The position numbers were made by a program, and so were the translations under genes. The notes beneath the pieces are model-generated. The model was not told the DNA's origin, did no database searches, and saw only the letters and a program-made list of their open reading frames with translations. Positions 37,461 through 50,584 of a DNA stretch of 63,954 bases are shown piece by piece; position 1 is the first letter of the stretch, and every line of letters starts with the position of its first letter. This DNA is from Chiloscyllium plagiosum (lineage: Eukaryota), in contig NC_057711.1 in the NCBI RefSeq assembly GCF_004010195.1, positions 73,102,018 through 73,165,971 on the forward strand, written 5' to 3'.

Positions 37461-37848
37461 AGGCTTGGGAGGTTAGACTTTACATTTAAGATGGCAGAGA
37501 TCCCTTAATAAAATAATACTTTCTAAAGAAAGCATAATAGTGTTTAGAGATGTGTTATGACTTTGTCCTTAGGGAGAGCTGAAATGCTTTTGTCACTTCA
37601 AAGGTTTGCAGCTGGAGGTCTTTCTCCAGGTCTCCAAGAGAAAGTGAGGATATAGAACTACATGTCCCAGGAGATCAAAAGAAAAAGTGGAAATGTCTGA
37701 GACACGTGTAAACAAAAAGAAAAGTCGAGGTCTAACAGGAGTGGGAGGAACAGTGAATTAGTAAGCAAAGATGGACTTGCAGAAAGGGAGGCTAGTTTTT
37801 TTTTGCATGAATCCAGCTTCGTTGTGCAATTGTTTTTCTGCTTCATAG

Positions 37849-37932
37849 GATGGCAGTCGCAGAAGAACACCTGGTGGAGTTTACTTGCAATTGTTGAAAA
37901 GTACACCAAGCATCACTCAAGACCAAATCAAG
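37849..37932 (+). CDS. PHAX: PHAX exon 4, DGSRRRTPGGVYLQLLKSTPSITQDQIK
   Basis: cttcatag acceptor, AAG|gttaga donor, 84 bp. Carries the PHAX RRRTPGGV signature. Confidence 0.96.
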
Positions 37933-38474
37933 GTTAGAACTGAAACATTTTTATGTAATTAACTTAATCATCATACTGTTTGATAAGGGCAAACGAGTGA
38001 TTTTGTTCTTTGCCTAAAATCAGTGCTTTAGCTGCTGGTTGTTATTTTGTAATGTCTGCTGAAAGTGTAAATGTGTAGGCAGAGTTCAGATGCATTACAT
38101 GAGTGACTCAGTGCTCATCGCAACAGATTAATGCCTCTGCAGAGTACTTAGCTTGGGAATTTGGTGAACAATTAAGTTTCCTTTGCAGCTACAAGGCAAT
38201 GGAGTGGTGCAAAGATGATTTATGAGAAATTTATCAGAAATGGATGGGCATAAACATCAGGCAATAATTAATGGACTGTTTCTCTTAACTTCAAATTTCT
38301 AAAAGCTTTCAATAGGGTCGACACAGAGAATGATTCTGATTATGGGGAAGAGGATCACTAAAGGTCATCAATATAGATTTGAGAGTGCCAAAAGAGAATC
38401 TAGGAGAAACCTGTTCAGTCAAAGAATGGTGTAAATTTGGAACTTGTTACTATTTTAAGTGGTTGAAGCATGTA

Positions 38475-39530
38475 GTCTTAGAGATGTACAGCACAGAAAC
38501 AGACCCTTCGGTCCAACTCATCCATGCTGACCAGATATCCTAAGTTATTGCTAGCACTTGGTCCATATCCCTCTAAACTCTTTCTGTTCACATACAACAT
38601 TTAAAAGGTATCTGGATGGGTAATTGTACCAGCCTCCACCACTTCCTATGGCAGCTCATTCTGTACACATAGCACCCTTTGCATGAAAAAGTATGTCTCT
38701 TGGGTCCCCTTTTAAATCTTTCCCCTCTCACCCTAAACTTATGCCATCTAGTTCTGGACTCACCCCAACCCAGGGAAAAGACCTTGTCTGTTTACCCTAT
38801 CTATACCTCTAGAAGGTCACTCAGTCTCTGATGCTCCAAGGAAAACAGCCCCAACCTATTAAGAGTCTACCTATAGCTCAAACCCTTCAACCTTGGTAAC
38901 ATCCTTGTAAATATTTTCTGAACCCTTTCAAGTTTCACAATCTCCTTTTTATGGGAGGGAGACCAGATTTGCATACAATATTCTAAAAGCACCCTCACCG
39001 ATGTCCTGTTCAGCTACAATTTGACTTCCCAACTTCTGTACTCAATGTTCTGACCAATAAAAGAAAGCATACAAAACACCTTCACTATCCTACCTACCTG
39101 AGACTGCACTTTCAAGGAACTGTGAACCTGCACTCCCTTTGTTCAGCAACACGCCCCAGGACCTTACCATTAAGTTTTAGATAGATTTAGATTTAGATTA
39201 CTTACAGTGTGGAAACAGGCCCTTCAGCCCAACAAGTCCACACCGCCCCGCTGAAGCGCAACCCACCCATACCCCTACATTTACCCCTTACCTAACACTA
39301 CGGGCAATTTAGCATGTCCAATTCACCTGACCTGCACATCTTTGGACTGTGGGAGGAAACCGGAGCACCCAGAGGAAACCCACGCAGACACGGGGAGAAC
39401 GTGCAAACTCCACACAGTCAGTCGCCTGAGGCGGGAATCGAACCCGGGTCTCGAGCGCTGTGAGGCAGCAGTGCTAACCACTGTGCCACCATGCCGCCAG
39501 TGTACAAGTCCTGCTAAGATTTGCCTTTGT
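38475..39530 (-). mobile_element. CR1 3' fragment with an HE1 SINE inserted (39175-39497, minus)
   Basis: CR1 sequence ccattaagt...gtacaagtcctgctaag is split by a full-length SINE. Confidence 0.85.
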
Positions 39531-39777
39531 TAATGTAATCAAGGAGAAGTAGATTACATTGTGATAGAGCCATGAATTAATACTCCAAAGGAACATTTAG
39601 AGGAGGGAAGATTCAGGTGAGGGTAAACACTGGTATGGACTTGTTAGGCCAACTGCCATTTATCTTGTGTGATCTTGTGTCATCAGTTGCATTTTGTTTT
39701 TCAAAACTTGTGAAGAATGGCCACTAGAGGGCTGCTTAAACCAGAATTATACAAGAACAATCTTTGAAGGAGAACCA

Positions 39778-40401
39778 GGCAGCACGGTGTCTGAGTGGTT
39801 AGCACTGCTGCCTCACAGTGCCAGAGACCTGGGTTCAATTCCCACCTCGGGCAACTGTCTGTGTGGATTTTGCACATTCTCCCCGTGTCTGCGTGGGTTT
39901 CCTTCAGGTGCTCTGGCTTCCTCCCACAGTCCAAAGATGTGCAAGTTAGGTGAATTGGCCATGCTAAATTGCCCATAGTTTTACGTGCATTAGTCAGGGG
40001 TGAATGTAGAGGAATGGGTCTGGATGGGTTGCTCTTCAGAGGGTCGGTGTGGACTTGTTTGGCCGAAGGGCCCGTTTCCACACTGTAGGGAATCTAATCT
40101 TAATGTGGGTGGCACAGTGGTTAGTACTGCTGCCTCACAGCGCCCGAGACCCGGGTTCAATTCCCGCCTCAGGCGACTGACTGTGTGGAGTTTGCACATT
40201 CTCCCCGTGTCTGCGTGGGTTTCCTCCGGGTGCTCCGGTTTCCTCCCACAGTCCAAAGATGTGCAGGTCAGGTGAATTGGCCATGCTAAATTGCCCGTAG
40301 TGTTAGGTAAGGGGTAAATGTAGGGGTATGGGTGGGTTGCGCTTCGGCGGGTCGGTGTGGACTTGTTGGGCCGAAGGGCCTGTTTCCACACTGTAAGTAA
40401 T
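39778..40401 (+). mobile_element. Two tandem HE1/V-SINEs (39778-40100 and 40107-40401)
   Basis: Two consecutive head / V-domain / tail units with slightly different 3' parts. Confidence 0.9.
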
Positions 40402-40624
40402 TCAAACAAGTATTCCTATCTTTCTCTTAAAATCATTTCATGCATGTGTTCCTTTCTAGTTCTGTATTCTACTTGAATTTGGCTTTCTGGGATCCTCTGT
40501 TCAGTCACAGATTAAGCTCTCAAAATTTAGTTGCAAAGGACATTATCTGCTAATATTTATTTTTGTTACAGTTTTCCAGTCATATTAAATTAGTCAGAAA
40601 ATATCTCTTGCTTTCAATCAACAG

Positions 40625-40897
40625 GAAATTTTTTATGATGAAAATCAGAGAGAATATAATTGCAAAAAAGCAGCCAAAAAAAGGAGACGGCACATCATTG
40701 GGAAAAAGATGAAGCAAGCTATTAAGGAACTGAACCTGCAAGTGGATGATGATGCTTCACGAGAGACTTTTGCTAGTGATACAAATGATGCCTTAGCTTC
40801 TGTGGAGGATACAGAAGAGGTTCACATGGAAAAGCCACCATTAGATCCTGAAGATGCAATTGAACTGGATAACAGTAATGATCTAGAAATCTTTTGA
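40625..40897 (+). CDS. PHAX: PHAX exon 5 to stop codon
   Basis: caacag acceptor; EIFYDENQREYNCKKAAKKRRRHIIGKKMKQAIKELNLQVDDDASRETFASDTNDALAS...DLEIF*. Spliced CDS 1239 bp = 412 aa. Confidence 0.96.
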   Translation, partial: EIFYDENQREYNCKKAAKKRRRHIIGKKMKQAIKELNLQVDDDASRETFASDTNDALASVEDTEEVHMEKPPLDPEDAIELDNSNDLEIF

Positions 40898-40941
40898 AAA
40901 GGTTGCTTAATTACAGTACTGGAAAACTATGAGACAAATGT

Positions 40942-41454
40942 AATAAATACCCCATATCGATGATCTCATTAAAATTTCTAGTTGACATATTTGTGCTACA
41001 TTTATAACGCCCTCCTTACTTGAAACAATTTTTTGACTTGTATTGTGTGTTTAACTTGCGAATTCATGCTTACCTTTCAAATGACATAAATTGTCAATTA
41101 ACTTTGTTGTGCTCATATAACAGCATTTTTGAGAATATAGGGTAAAGTGATGCATTCCTATCAGCAAAGGAATCTTAAATCATTCTTCCATGTAAATTTT
41201 ATGTTTGCGTATCATAACGTTTTGCAAATTTAGTAAATTTTTACTTAAATGCAAATTTTTTTGCAGCTCCTTTGATTCAATTCAGCTTATGATGGTGATT
41301 TTATTGGAAACTGCTGGATGGTATCGGGCGAACAGATATTATGGAGTTCAGTATTTGGCATGTGCATGTGCAGGTCTGTAAAGGCGTTAAAACGACCTAT
41401 GGAAAACTGGATTATGTAAATAGCAGTACAGTGCAAAAACAGTGAGGAAATAAA
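40942..41454 (+). terminator. Candidate PHAX polyadenylation signals (AATAAA at 40942 and 41449)
   Basis: Hexamers in the AT-rich 3'UTR. Which one is used cannot be told from sequence. Confidence 0.35.
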
Positions 41455-42857
41455 GTAAATACATCAATAGTTTGACTGGTGCACAGCTTTGGATATCCGA
41501 TTACAAAATTAAAGTTAAACCATAACATACACTGTTGTTTCACCAAAATTATAGCCAGAAGTTCAGTGGAGGGAATGTGGGTACTGAAACTATACCAGAG
41601 TAGATGAGTCATTTGAGCTTTTGGGCAAACGAGTAAAATACCATTTTCTCGGTTTGCAACCCATTGTTGAAGAAGTTTGAAAAATTCTGTTGTGACATCC
41701 CTGACAAGGCCATAATTTATTGTCTGTTCTCAATTGGGCCGACTGATTAATTTGCTTTGGAAAATCAGGTTTCCATCTTATTGTGTATGCATGCCAGAGA
41801 GGTTAGAGAAGGAAATACAATATTCTTAAGGACATTGTGAATGTTCAGATCAAAAAGGGGCCCCTTGAGAGAAAAGAAAGGTTTCATTTGGCTTTTGAGA
41901 TAATGTTTCAACAAGGTTCTCCAAAGGCGCAGAAAGCAGAACACCATTCATAGTCCTGCATGGGGTTGAGTTGAGTTAATCAGAGCCTCCTTCCATATAG
42001 AAAAGTGAGGGAGATGTGTCTCAATCATTGGAAAAGCCACAGTGCAGTGCAGCAGAGCAGGGGCATGAATAGACAATGGAAAAATGAATGATAATTGCTT
42101 TCCTTTTATTGAAATACATGGTTAAAATAAAAGTAAAATTTAATTTTTGAGGGTAAAACTTTTAATTAGATTAAAAATGAGCTTTAATACTTAGCATACC
42201 TTTTAAAAAGAGCCACTAAACAGCCCAAGAGAACTGGCTACCCTGAAGTATAGAATAGATAAATTGGCTGCTTCCAGAAATTTTCAAGTGCCAACACAAA
42301 AGCTTTTTCCTCATTTCTTTGAAGTGGAGCACTTATTTGCATGAACATTCCAAATCAGCCAAGGTGCAACAATCATATATGAAAGGTCTATCCCAACTAG
42401 TTCTGAAAAAAAAATGTTATGCAGAAGATGGTGCTAATGACTCCATAGTTATCTGCTACAAAGTACAATTGTTTAGTGAACAGAGCATCAAAACTAACCT
42501 CAGCTGAGCGCTGAAGCCACATATCCCTGGTTATGTGATTGTATCTGGTGGTGCGTTTAAATGATCTTTGATTATACAGTTTTTGACTTCTATCATTTGT
42601 CTGCTATTAACACCAAAAGAGTCAATAATAAAATCAGCTCTGTGCCTGGTTAAGCCTATCTCTAGTCTTGACCTTTCTGGGTTTCTATCTTTTACCTGCA
42701 GAGTGAACACATTCTAAGCCTACAACAATCATACCAAGAGAAAGGACAGATGTGAACAGTAAAAATAATACAATATACCTTTCCCTCTTGTCCTTTAGTG
42801 TTTTTTTTTCTTTCCAGCTGTATTAGCATGACAATAGCTATACTAATTTCTGTAATA

Positions 42858-43020
42858 CAAAGGGACCTCAATTATCCAAAGAGCGTGGGTAGGAACACAG
42901 GAACAAAATATTTTGTTTGGTTAATGGAATGCTGGATAACATAGTTTAGCTAAGCATTGCGACCTTGCCAGATAATCTGAAATTTGAATAATCGAATGCT
43001 GGATAATAGAGGTTACTCTA
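42858..43020. mobile_element. Short diverged MITE related to 7658-8290
   Basis: ta-caaagggacctcaattatcc ... ggataatagaggttactct termini. Confidence 0.65.
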
Positions 43021-43849
43021 GATATCTCTTTTTATTTTTGGATTATGGACTTTGTAAATTCATTACATTTGCAATATAGTTATGTCTTCCATACAGATTT
43101 TTCAAAACATCTTTTATGGGATGTGGGTGTTGGTGGCAAGGCCAGCATTTGTTACCCATCACGAAACGTCCTTGCACTGTCGGCCACTGTCAGAGTCGAC
43201 CACCTTACTGAGAATTTGGAGCCACTTGTCAATCAGGCAAACTCCCTTCCCTAAAGGACAGTAGTGAACCAGATGGGTTTTTATGATGGTCAATATAGGA
43301 CTATTATTAAGACTAGTTGCATATTTCTGATTTTTGTTAATTGAATTTAAATTTCACCTACTGTCACGGTGTGATTTAAATATGTGCATTAGCATGTAAT
43401 AGCTGATTTGTTACAAAAGGCTGATGGGAGTCATGATCTGAGATTTTTTTCATTTGAAAGCGTTTGACCCAAATGAGTGTTGATAGCTGCTTTTGTGAAC
43501 AACTGGAGTTTTTATGCAGACTGTTGTCAGCTATAGTCTTTGGTTGCAGTGATTGTGTAGTTAGCCCACAGGAACAAAAAACAAAGTATCAGCAACAGAT
43601 GGCCATCTCCAGAAAGAATAAAAAGCATTACAAGGAAAACTTTGGGGCTGTATTTGTCCAGTACAACTCCCAACTCATGAGGGTGTGAATGATGCTGGAT
43701 ATTGAACTATGAAGCACTTACATTAAAATAGGTGAATAACAGTTTAAGGATATCTCATATCAGTGATTGGGCTATCATTGGGAATACAGAATGGTATGAT
43801 TCAGAAAATACAAGAAGGTATGGGAAGCAGCAGGCTAGATTTGTAGCAT

Positions 43850-44070
43850 TGTGTTGCCATAGTCTTACCAGATCATAGTGGCTGCTCTCTCATTAGAGAG
43901 AAGCAATTGGTGGTGATTTAACCTGAGGGCTACCACACCTCAGGCTAGGGAAGAGGTTGAGAAGGAGAGTCCTTCATGGTAACCTCAAACCGGCGATGGG
44001 AATTAAACCCACAATGTTGTCATCACACTGCTCTGTAAACAGACAATCCAGCCAACTGAGCTAAACCGAT
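43850..44070 (-). mobile_element. tRNA-derived SINE (same family as 4082-4460)
   Basis: Minus strand starts ggtttagctcagttgg (A-box) ... gggtttaattccc (B-box-like). Confidence 0.65.
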
Positions 44071-45844
44071 GCAGTAGGCTAGAACCAAAAATGCAAATTG
44101 TGGAATCTCAGCAAAATGTTCATGAACTGTAAACTTGTGAAGACAATTTTGAGATTACTTTGTGCCATGTGTTTATGAAGAATTGTAAGAATGAATCATA
44201 CATATATAAAAGTTAGCAGGATTTAGCCATTCAGCACCTTGAGCCTGCTCTGCCTTTCGACAAGATCATGGTTCATCATAAAAACTTCAACTCCATGTTC
44301 CCATCTGCCACTCTTGCTGTCAGAGTTTTACATACTCCAGTTCTCCAGTACTCCTGTTCTTTTTCTTTGTCATATGGCTCCTGAGAATGGCTGCTATTTT
44401 AACTTTTCCCTTCCATTACACAGAGCTTGTAAGCAGCGCTCCCTGATTCTAATTTTAACTGTATGAAATAATGAATAAAATGTTAGTATCCTGAAAAGGG
44501 AAGAAAATATTCCCACCTCCTCCCAATAACTTTCACTCGATGTTCCATCTCTGCCTAAAAAGGCGATGAAAGCAGAATTTTTGGATTTTTTTAAAGAAAG
44601 TATAGAAGATTCTCAACTTTTACAAAATATATTTCTCTTTTGTCTAATGTGGGCAACCCTCATTTTTTAAAACTTTGAGCCTTAGTCCTCGATTGTCCCA
44701 CAAGAGGAAACATTCTTTCCATATCTGTTCTGTTGTGTCTCATCAATGGGGGAGGAGGAAGAATTCTTCGCCCAAAGTAAAGATGTGTAATGCTGATTTC
44801 TCAGGCACTGACAGTGGGTTTCGAGGTCTAAAATAGTATGCACGTTTCTGGTGCATGTTATGCTGGGTGGTATATTGGTGAAAATGTTAGTATTGCTCAG
44901 TTGGGGTCTGATGGATAATGGTAGAATACACAGATTATTATGTCATACTCTATGTATGCAGAATTGATAGCAGCATTGTCACTATGGCATTCCAGCTAAT
45001 GTTATCTCTTAACCTTGCATAGCTGAAGACAATTTTAGCAGCAGAATGGACTCTGCACTGGTAGTTTTCTCATAGCAGCATCAACCTGCTTTCAGGTTAG
45101 TTCAGAGCTTCCAAACTGTTGAGTTTTAACCCTCTAGTGAGGGTCACGAGATGAGATTGAGAGCTCCGAGCCAGGAATGGTCACTATGAAGCTCGTAGCA
45201 ACTAAACATCCTTGTTTCTTTTTAATGGTGGGTGTGGCCATGTTTATTGATCTGGAGGCTTGCCCCAAAAAAGCTGGTGAGGGGTAGCCAGGCTTTTTAA
45301 AAATTCCAGAAGATTAAATGTCTTGCTGCTCATTGGCCTCTCAGCTCCATCATCCGTGATCACCATTCCCACAGTTCTCACCAAGGAATTCAATGGCAAT
45401 TTTAAAGCCTTGAAAAGGGTTTGGGAAGCACTGGGTTTGTTATGGATTAATATATTTGGCTGCTGGGTGATATTTTCCAATGGAAGAGACTGAGAATTCT
45501 GTGGTACGATCCCTTTGGGAGTGGAGAGAATGGCTTCTGACTGCAACATCTCCACTCAGGCTTAAATACGAGAAGAAGGATGTATCATATGGCCTTTTTC
45601 TCCTTTTTGATATGTTGCTGTATAACCAAGGAGTAGGAAATAAGTTATTGATAAGATTTCTAAGTCATTTAGACAGATAATGCGGTAAAACCAGGTGATG
45701 GAATTTTCCTTTCCCTGATGTGGAGTGAGCAATTGGAGGAAAGGTGGGAAAATAGAAAAAGAGTGATAACATTAGATTCTCAACATGGAGAAAGGATTAT
45801 GTTCCCTCAGCTGACTTCAGATTCTCACCATTGAGCAGGTTGAC

Positions 45845-46770
45845 CTGGAAATCATGTCTCACAAACTTGATTGAGTTTTTTGAAGAAGTAACAAAGAAGA
45901 TTGATGATGGGAGAGCGGTAGATGTGATCTATATGGACTTCAGTAAGGCATTCGACAAGGTTCCCCATGGGAGACAGATTAGCAAGGTTAGATCTCATGG
46001 AATACAGAGAGAACTAGCCATCTGGATGCAGAACTGGGTCAAAGGTAGAAGACAGAGGGTGGTGGTGGAGGGTTGTTTTTCAGACTGGAGGCCTTCATAG
46101 GTCCTTGAAAGTGGAGTCGCAGGTAGATAGGATAGTGAAGAAGGCGTTTGGTATGCTTTCCTTTATTGGTCAGAGTATTAAGTACAGGAGTTGAGAGGTC
46201 ATGTTGGGGCTGTACAGGCCATTGGTTAGGCCACTGTTGCGTGCAATTCTGGTCTCCTTCCTATCGGAAAGATGATGTGAAACTTTAAAGGGTTCAGAAA
46301 AGATTCACAAGGATGTTGCCAGGCATGGAGGATCTGAGCTACAGGGAGAGATTGAACAGGCTGGGGCTGTTTTCCCTGGAGCGTCAGAGGCTGAGGGGTG
46401 ACTTTATAGAGGCTTCACAATTATGAGTGGCATAGATAGGATAAATAGACAAAGTCTTTTCCCTGGGGTTGGGGAGTCCAGAACTCGAGGGCATAGGTTT
46501 AAGGTGAGAGAGGAAAGATATAAAAGAGACCTAAGGGGCAACTTTTTCACGCAGAGGGTGGTACATGTATGGAATGAGCTGTCAGAGGATGTGGTGGAGG
46601 CTGGTACAATTGTAACATGTAAGAGTCATTTGGATGGGTATATGAATAGGAAGGGATATGGGCTGGGTGCTGGCAGGTGGGACTAGATTGGGTTGGGATA
46701 TCTGGTCGGCATGGACGGGTTGGACCAAAAGGTCTGTTTCCATGCTGTACTTCTGTATGACTCTATGACT
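45845..46770 (+). mobile_element. CR1 RT fragment with a large internal deletion near 46097
   Basis: SCLTNLIEFFEEVT..YMDFSKAFDKVPH..FSDWRP joined directly to downstream RT sequence; gactctat tail. Confidence 0.9.
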
Positions 46771-47679
46771 TAAATCTCATGAAAGCTCCAACTTGCTTTG
46801 TTCAGTTGTCATTTCCAATTTCCTTCTCCTCCACTGAGAAATGAGACAGCACAAATTATTGGCAAGTGAATTAGCTTGACTCATGATGGCTGGAATTCAC
46901 CAAAATGGAACTGCTTCATCACAGCAACAACTCCATATCAACCAGCCTTCTCAACCCCCATCCATGCAAGTTGATATTGGCACCTATCTAACTAATCATT
47001 GTGCCTGTTCTTGAATCAACTTGCACATTATTTCAATCCATTAAACTTTACTTTGGAGTTCAGGGTACAATCAATGACTTTTGTACTTCTGGGAGGTTAC
47101 ACATCGGGACAGATACACATCTTGCATATCTGCACAGGATGCATCTTTTGACTCTTGCTTTTATAGTGCTTGCTAACTTGGTGCTTATTTGAAGGCTGCT
47201 AGCCTCTATCTACTTCATACTGCTTTCTTTGTGCACAAAATCATAAGTGTTTAGTCACAGTCTGCCAGCCTCTGTGACTCCCTTGTTTTTTTAGTATAGA
47301 GAGGCAGGCAGCATGTGGCAGGGTGGAGTGAGGGCCGTGACGTGTGGATATGTTGCTGCATGACACCATGATACACCTATGCCAGCAGTTCTTGTGGCAA
47401 ACAAACTCCATGTGCTTCAGCAAATGGTCATGTGTGAAAATTAAAGAGGAGCAGTCCTTAGTGTGTGAAGGTGTGCCAGTCAGTCAAGTGGCTTTTCTGA
47501 TTCTACTCCAAGGATTGGCCACAGTCAATTGGTGCTTAGTCCTAAAAGAGTCTGGAGATTGGGCCATCTCCAGTCCTGCAGATCAAGTGCGAACATTCAG
47601 GAACTTAAGTAGATCAATTGGATGTTGAGGAGACATCAGTGCAGGGGATTGGGACATGGTCAGTCAGGGCTATTCTACC

Positions 47680-47875
47680 AAGATTAGAGTGGTGCTGGAA
47701 AATCACAACAGGTCAGGCAGCATCTGAGGAGCAGGAAAAATCGACGTTTCGGGCAGGAACCCTTCATCAGGAATGAGGATGGAGCCTCCGGTGTGAAGAG
47801 ATAAATGGGAGGAGGGTGGAGCTGGGGAGAAGGTAGCTACCTCCAGCCCCACCCCCTCCCATTTATCTCTCTAAC
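47680..47875 (-). mobile_element. PLE-derived mini-element with hammerhead core
   Basis: Minus strand CTGATGA-A-GGGT-TCCT-GCCC-GAAA-CGTC (47770-47743). Inner fold-back agagataaatgggag.../...ctcccatttatctct. Confidence 0.7.
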
Positions 47876-48699
47876 CCATGGGACGGCACTCGTCAAAAAG
47901 GTTATGTCAACTCTCTCTCTACATGAGAATTTCCCAAGTCTAGTTCTCTGGGGATAAAGTAGACACATTAACAGTTATATAAAGGGGCCCAATGGAAACT
48001 AGGGAAACAGAAAAGTTATAGAGTCCACGGGGCTGGCAACAGAATGTGGAACCTGAAAGGATGAGGGAAAATTCACACATCCCAGGCAGAGTGTAGTCAC
48101 TGACTGAACTGCAGCTGGGACCTTGCCATGTCAGATCAAAAGCCAATTGTGTAATAAGTACACAACATGACACTGCAGACAAAGTGTGTGCAGTAAGTTA
48201 CTGCTAAGGAGTAAACCTGTTGGAAGTGGAGGACCTGATAGGGATAATTACAGTAATCATGCCTCCACTAATTCAGTAATGCCGTTCATCTGACTTAAAT
48301 TTGCAATTCATCAGCGGGTCATTCATTGTCCAAAAATGCACATTATAAATCAGTGCCTCAAGTAATCATGACATTACGTTGTATGGACTAATTGCTTTTT
48401 ATCATGTCGGTAAGCAACTTTTGTCAGAAAGAAATACTTAAAAGTAAAACTTTCACAAACCATAACAAACACTGGACGACAACGCTTCACATCTGCCATA
48501 TTTGCACACTAGACTGTGATGAGGAAGAACACTTGTTCTTTACGGTGTGGGGACATGTAGGAATTATCATGAGACTTCATGGCAGAATTCTATTCTTAAT
48601 ACCTCATGTAGACACGGTAATTACCTCAATAGGAAGCTTCTCCTCCAAGCTGTGGGGGCATAACATGACTATGTCCATGATGTAATTGTTACCACTTTA

Positions 48700-49430
48700 T
48701 CCAAAAGCATAGTTCTTAATTTCCCTTGTTTCCATGACAAGGAGAGTCAAGGAGCCTGGCCAACGGGATTCTCCACCACCACTGGAGCAGATGTTATTGG
48801 TGGCACCGAGGTTACTTTGAGAGTGCCCAATCAGCAACCTGTGGATTCAACAGAAAAGGCTCCACTCCCTCAATGTTCAAATTATGTGTCCTCATCTATG
48901 GCAAATACCAGAGGTCTGCACCAGATATCCTGGGATCTGCTATGAGTTGCATTCTAGTGAACTCTTACATTCCTGCCTCCCTCCAGGGTCCTCAGGCCAT
49001 ACAGGGATGGTTGCTGGGAGACAAGAAATACCTGTTCCAAACATGGCTTATGACACATTTATAAAACCCTGAGACTAAAAATACAATATTGCTGAACTTC
49101 CACCATGGTTTCAGTAAAATAGAGTCAGAAGTCACATGACACCAGGTTATAATCAAACAGCTTTACTTGAAATCACAAGCTTTCAGAGCACTGCTCCTTT
49201 GTCAGGTGAAGTGGAGGGAATTGCACTTAGAAAGCTTGTGGATTTCAAATAAAGCTGTTGGACCAACACCAGTACCTCCACATCACAGCAAAATCAGACC
49301 ATAGGCCTCTTCAAAATGAATCTTTGATGCCTGGACTGTTCCAGTAGAGCCTTACCAAACAGTCCAGAAAGGCTTCGTCACATCATTGTGGCATGCATTG
49401 CTCTTCACAACTTCAGCTAGCAAAAGGAGG
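48700..49430 (+). pseudogene. Fossil PIF/Harbinger (HARBI1-like, DDE_Tnp_4) transposase
   Basis: Across frameshifts: NRK..HSLNVQIMC, EVCTRYPG, GWLLGDKKYLFQTWLMT, QTIGLFKM..CLD, HIIVACIALHNF. Split by the insertion at 49121-49285. Confidence 0.85.
49121..49285 (-). mobile_element. Fold-back PLE-derived mini-element with degenerate hammerhead
   Basis: Minus strand cacctgacaaaggagcagtgctctgaaagcttgtg; arms aacagcttt..gaaatcacaagctttc / gaaagcttgtg..tttcaaataaagctgtt; imperfect 9-bp TSD cagtaaaat/cagcaaaat. Confidence 0.6.
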
Positions 49431-49582
49431 TTAGCCTCGTTGCAAACAAAATAGGAAAGCAACAAAAATCTTCTGAAGGTGAAGATGAACTTTGGAGAAA
49501 AAAGATCAAAACAATGATGCTTTAAAAAAAGAGGAAAGAATGGGCAAGCACGGACAACATGGGAGGTGATAAAAAAAATGGA

Positions 49583-50584
49583 GCACCTAACCTGTACAGC
49601 GATCTAACCAGGCACCTAACCTGCACAGCGATCTGACCAGGCACCTAAACTGCACAGCGATCTAACCAGGCACCTAACCTGCACAGCGATCTGACCAGGC
49701 ACCTAACCTGCACAGCGATCTAACCAGGCACCTAACCTGCACAGCGATCTAACCAGGCACCAAACCTGCACAGTGATCTGACCAGGCAGTGAACCTGTAC
49801 AGTGATCTGACCAGGCACCTAACCTGCATAGCGATCTAACCAGGCATCTAACCTGCACAGCGATCTGACCAGGCACCTAACCTGCACAGCAATCTAACCA
49901 GGCATCTAACCTGCACAGCGATCTGACCAGGCAGTGAACCTGCACAGCTATCTGACCAGGCACCTAACCTGCACAGCGATCTAACCAGGCACCTAACCTG
50001 CACAGCGATCTGACCAGGCACCTAACCTGCACAGCGATCTAACCAGGCACCTAACCTGCACAGCGATCTGACCAGGCAGTGAACCTGCACAGCTATCTGA
50101 CCAGGCACCTAACCTGCACAGTGATCTGACCAGGCACCTAACCTGTACAGTGATCTGACCAGGCACCTAACCTGTACAGCAATCTGACCAGGCACCTAAC
50201 CTGCACAACGATCTAACCAGGCACCTAACCTGCACAGTGATCTGACCAGGCAGTGAACATGCAGTGATCTGACCAGGCACCTAACCTGCACAGCGATCTG
50301 ACCAGGCAGTGAACCTGCACAGCGATCCGACCAGGCACCTAACCTGCACAACGATCTAACCAGACAGTGATTCTGCACAGCAATCTGACCAGGCAGTGAT
50401 TCTGCACAGCGATCTAACCAGGCAGTGAACCTGCACAGCGATCTAACCAGGCAGTGATTCTGCACAGTGATCTGACCAGGCAGTGATTCTGCACAGTGAT
50501 CTGACCAGGCAGTGATTCTGCACAGTGATCTAACCAGGCAATGATTCTGCACAGTGATCTGACCAGGCAGTGAACCTGCACAGC
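49583..50584. repeat. 29-bp minisatellite, about 34 copies
   Basis: Unit ACCAGGCACCTAACCTGCACAGCGATCT(G/A). The register shifts by 1 base every 30, and the overlapping ORF has 29-aa periodicity. Confidence 0.97.

Noticed and set aside
39342-40409. Repeated ORFs such as DCGRKPEHPEETHADTGR
   Set aside because: Translations of the HE1 SINE V-domain, a common source of spurious predicted proteins.
49583-50584. CRISPR-like array or repeat-protein ORF (50196-50552)
   Set aside because: Units are contiguous with no unique spacers, there are no cas genes, and the context is vertebrate. The ORF periodicity is just 3 x 29 bp.
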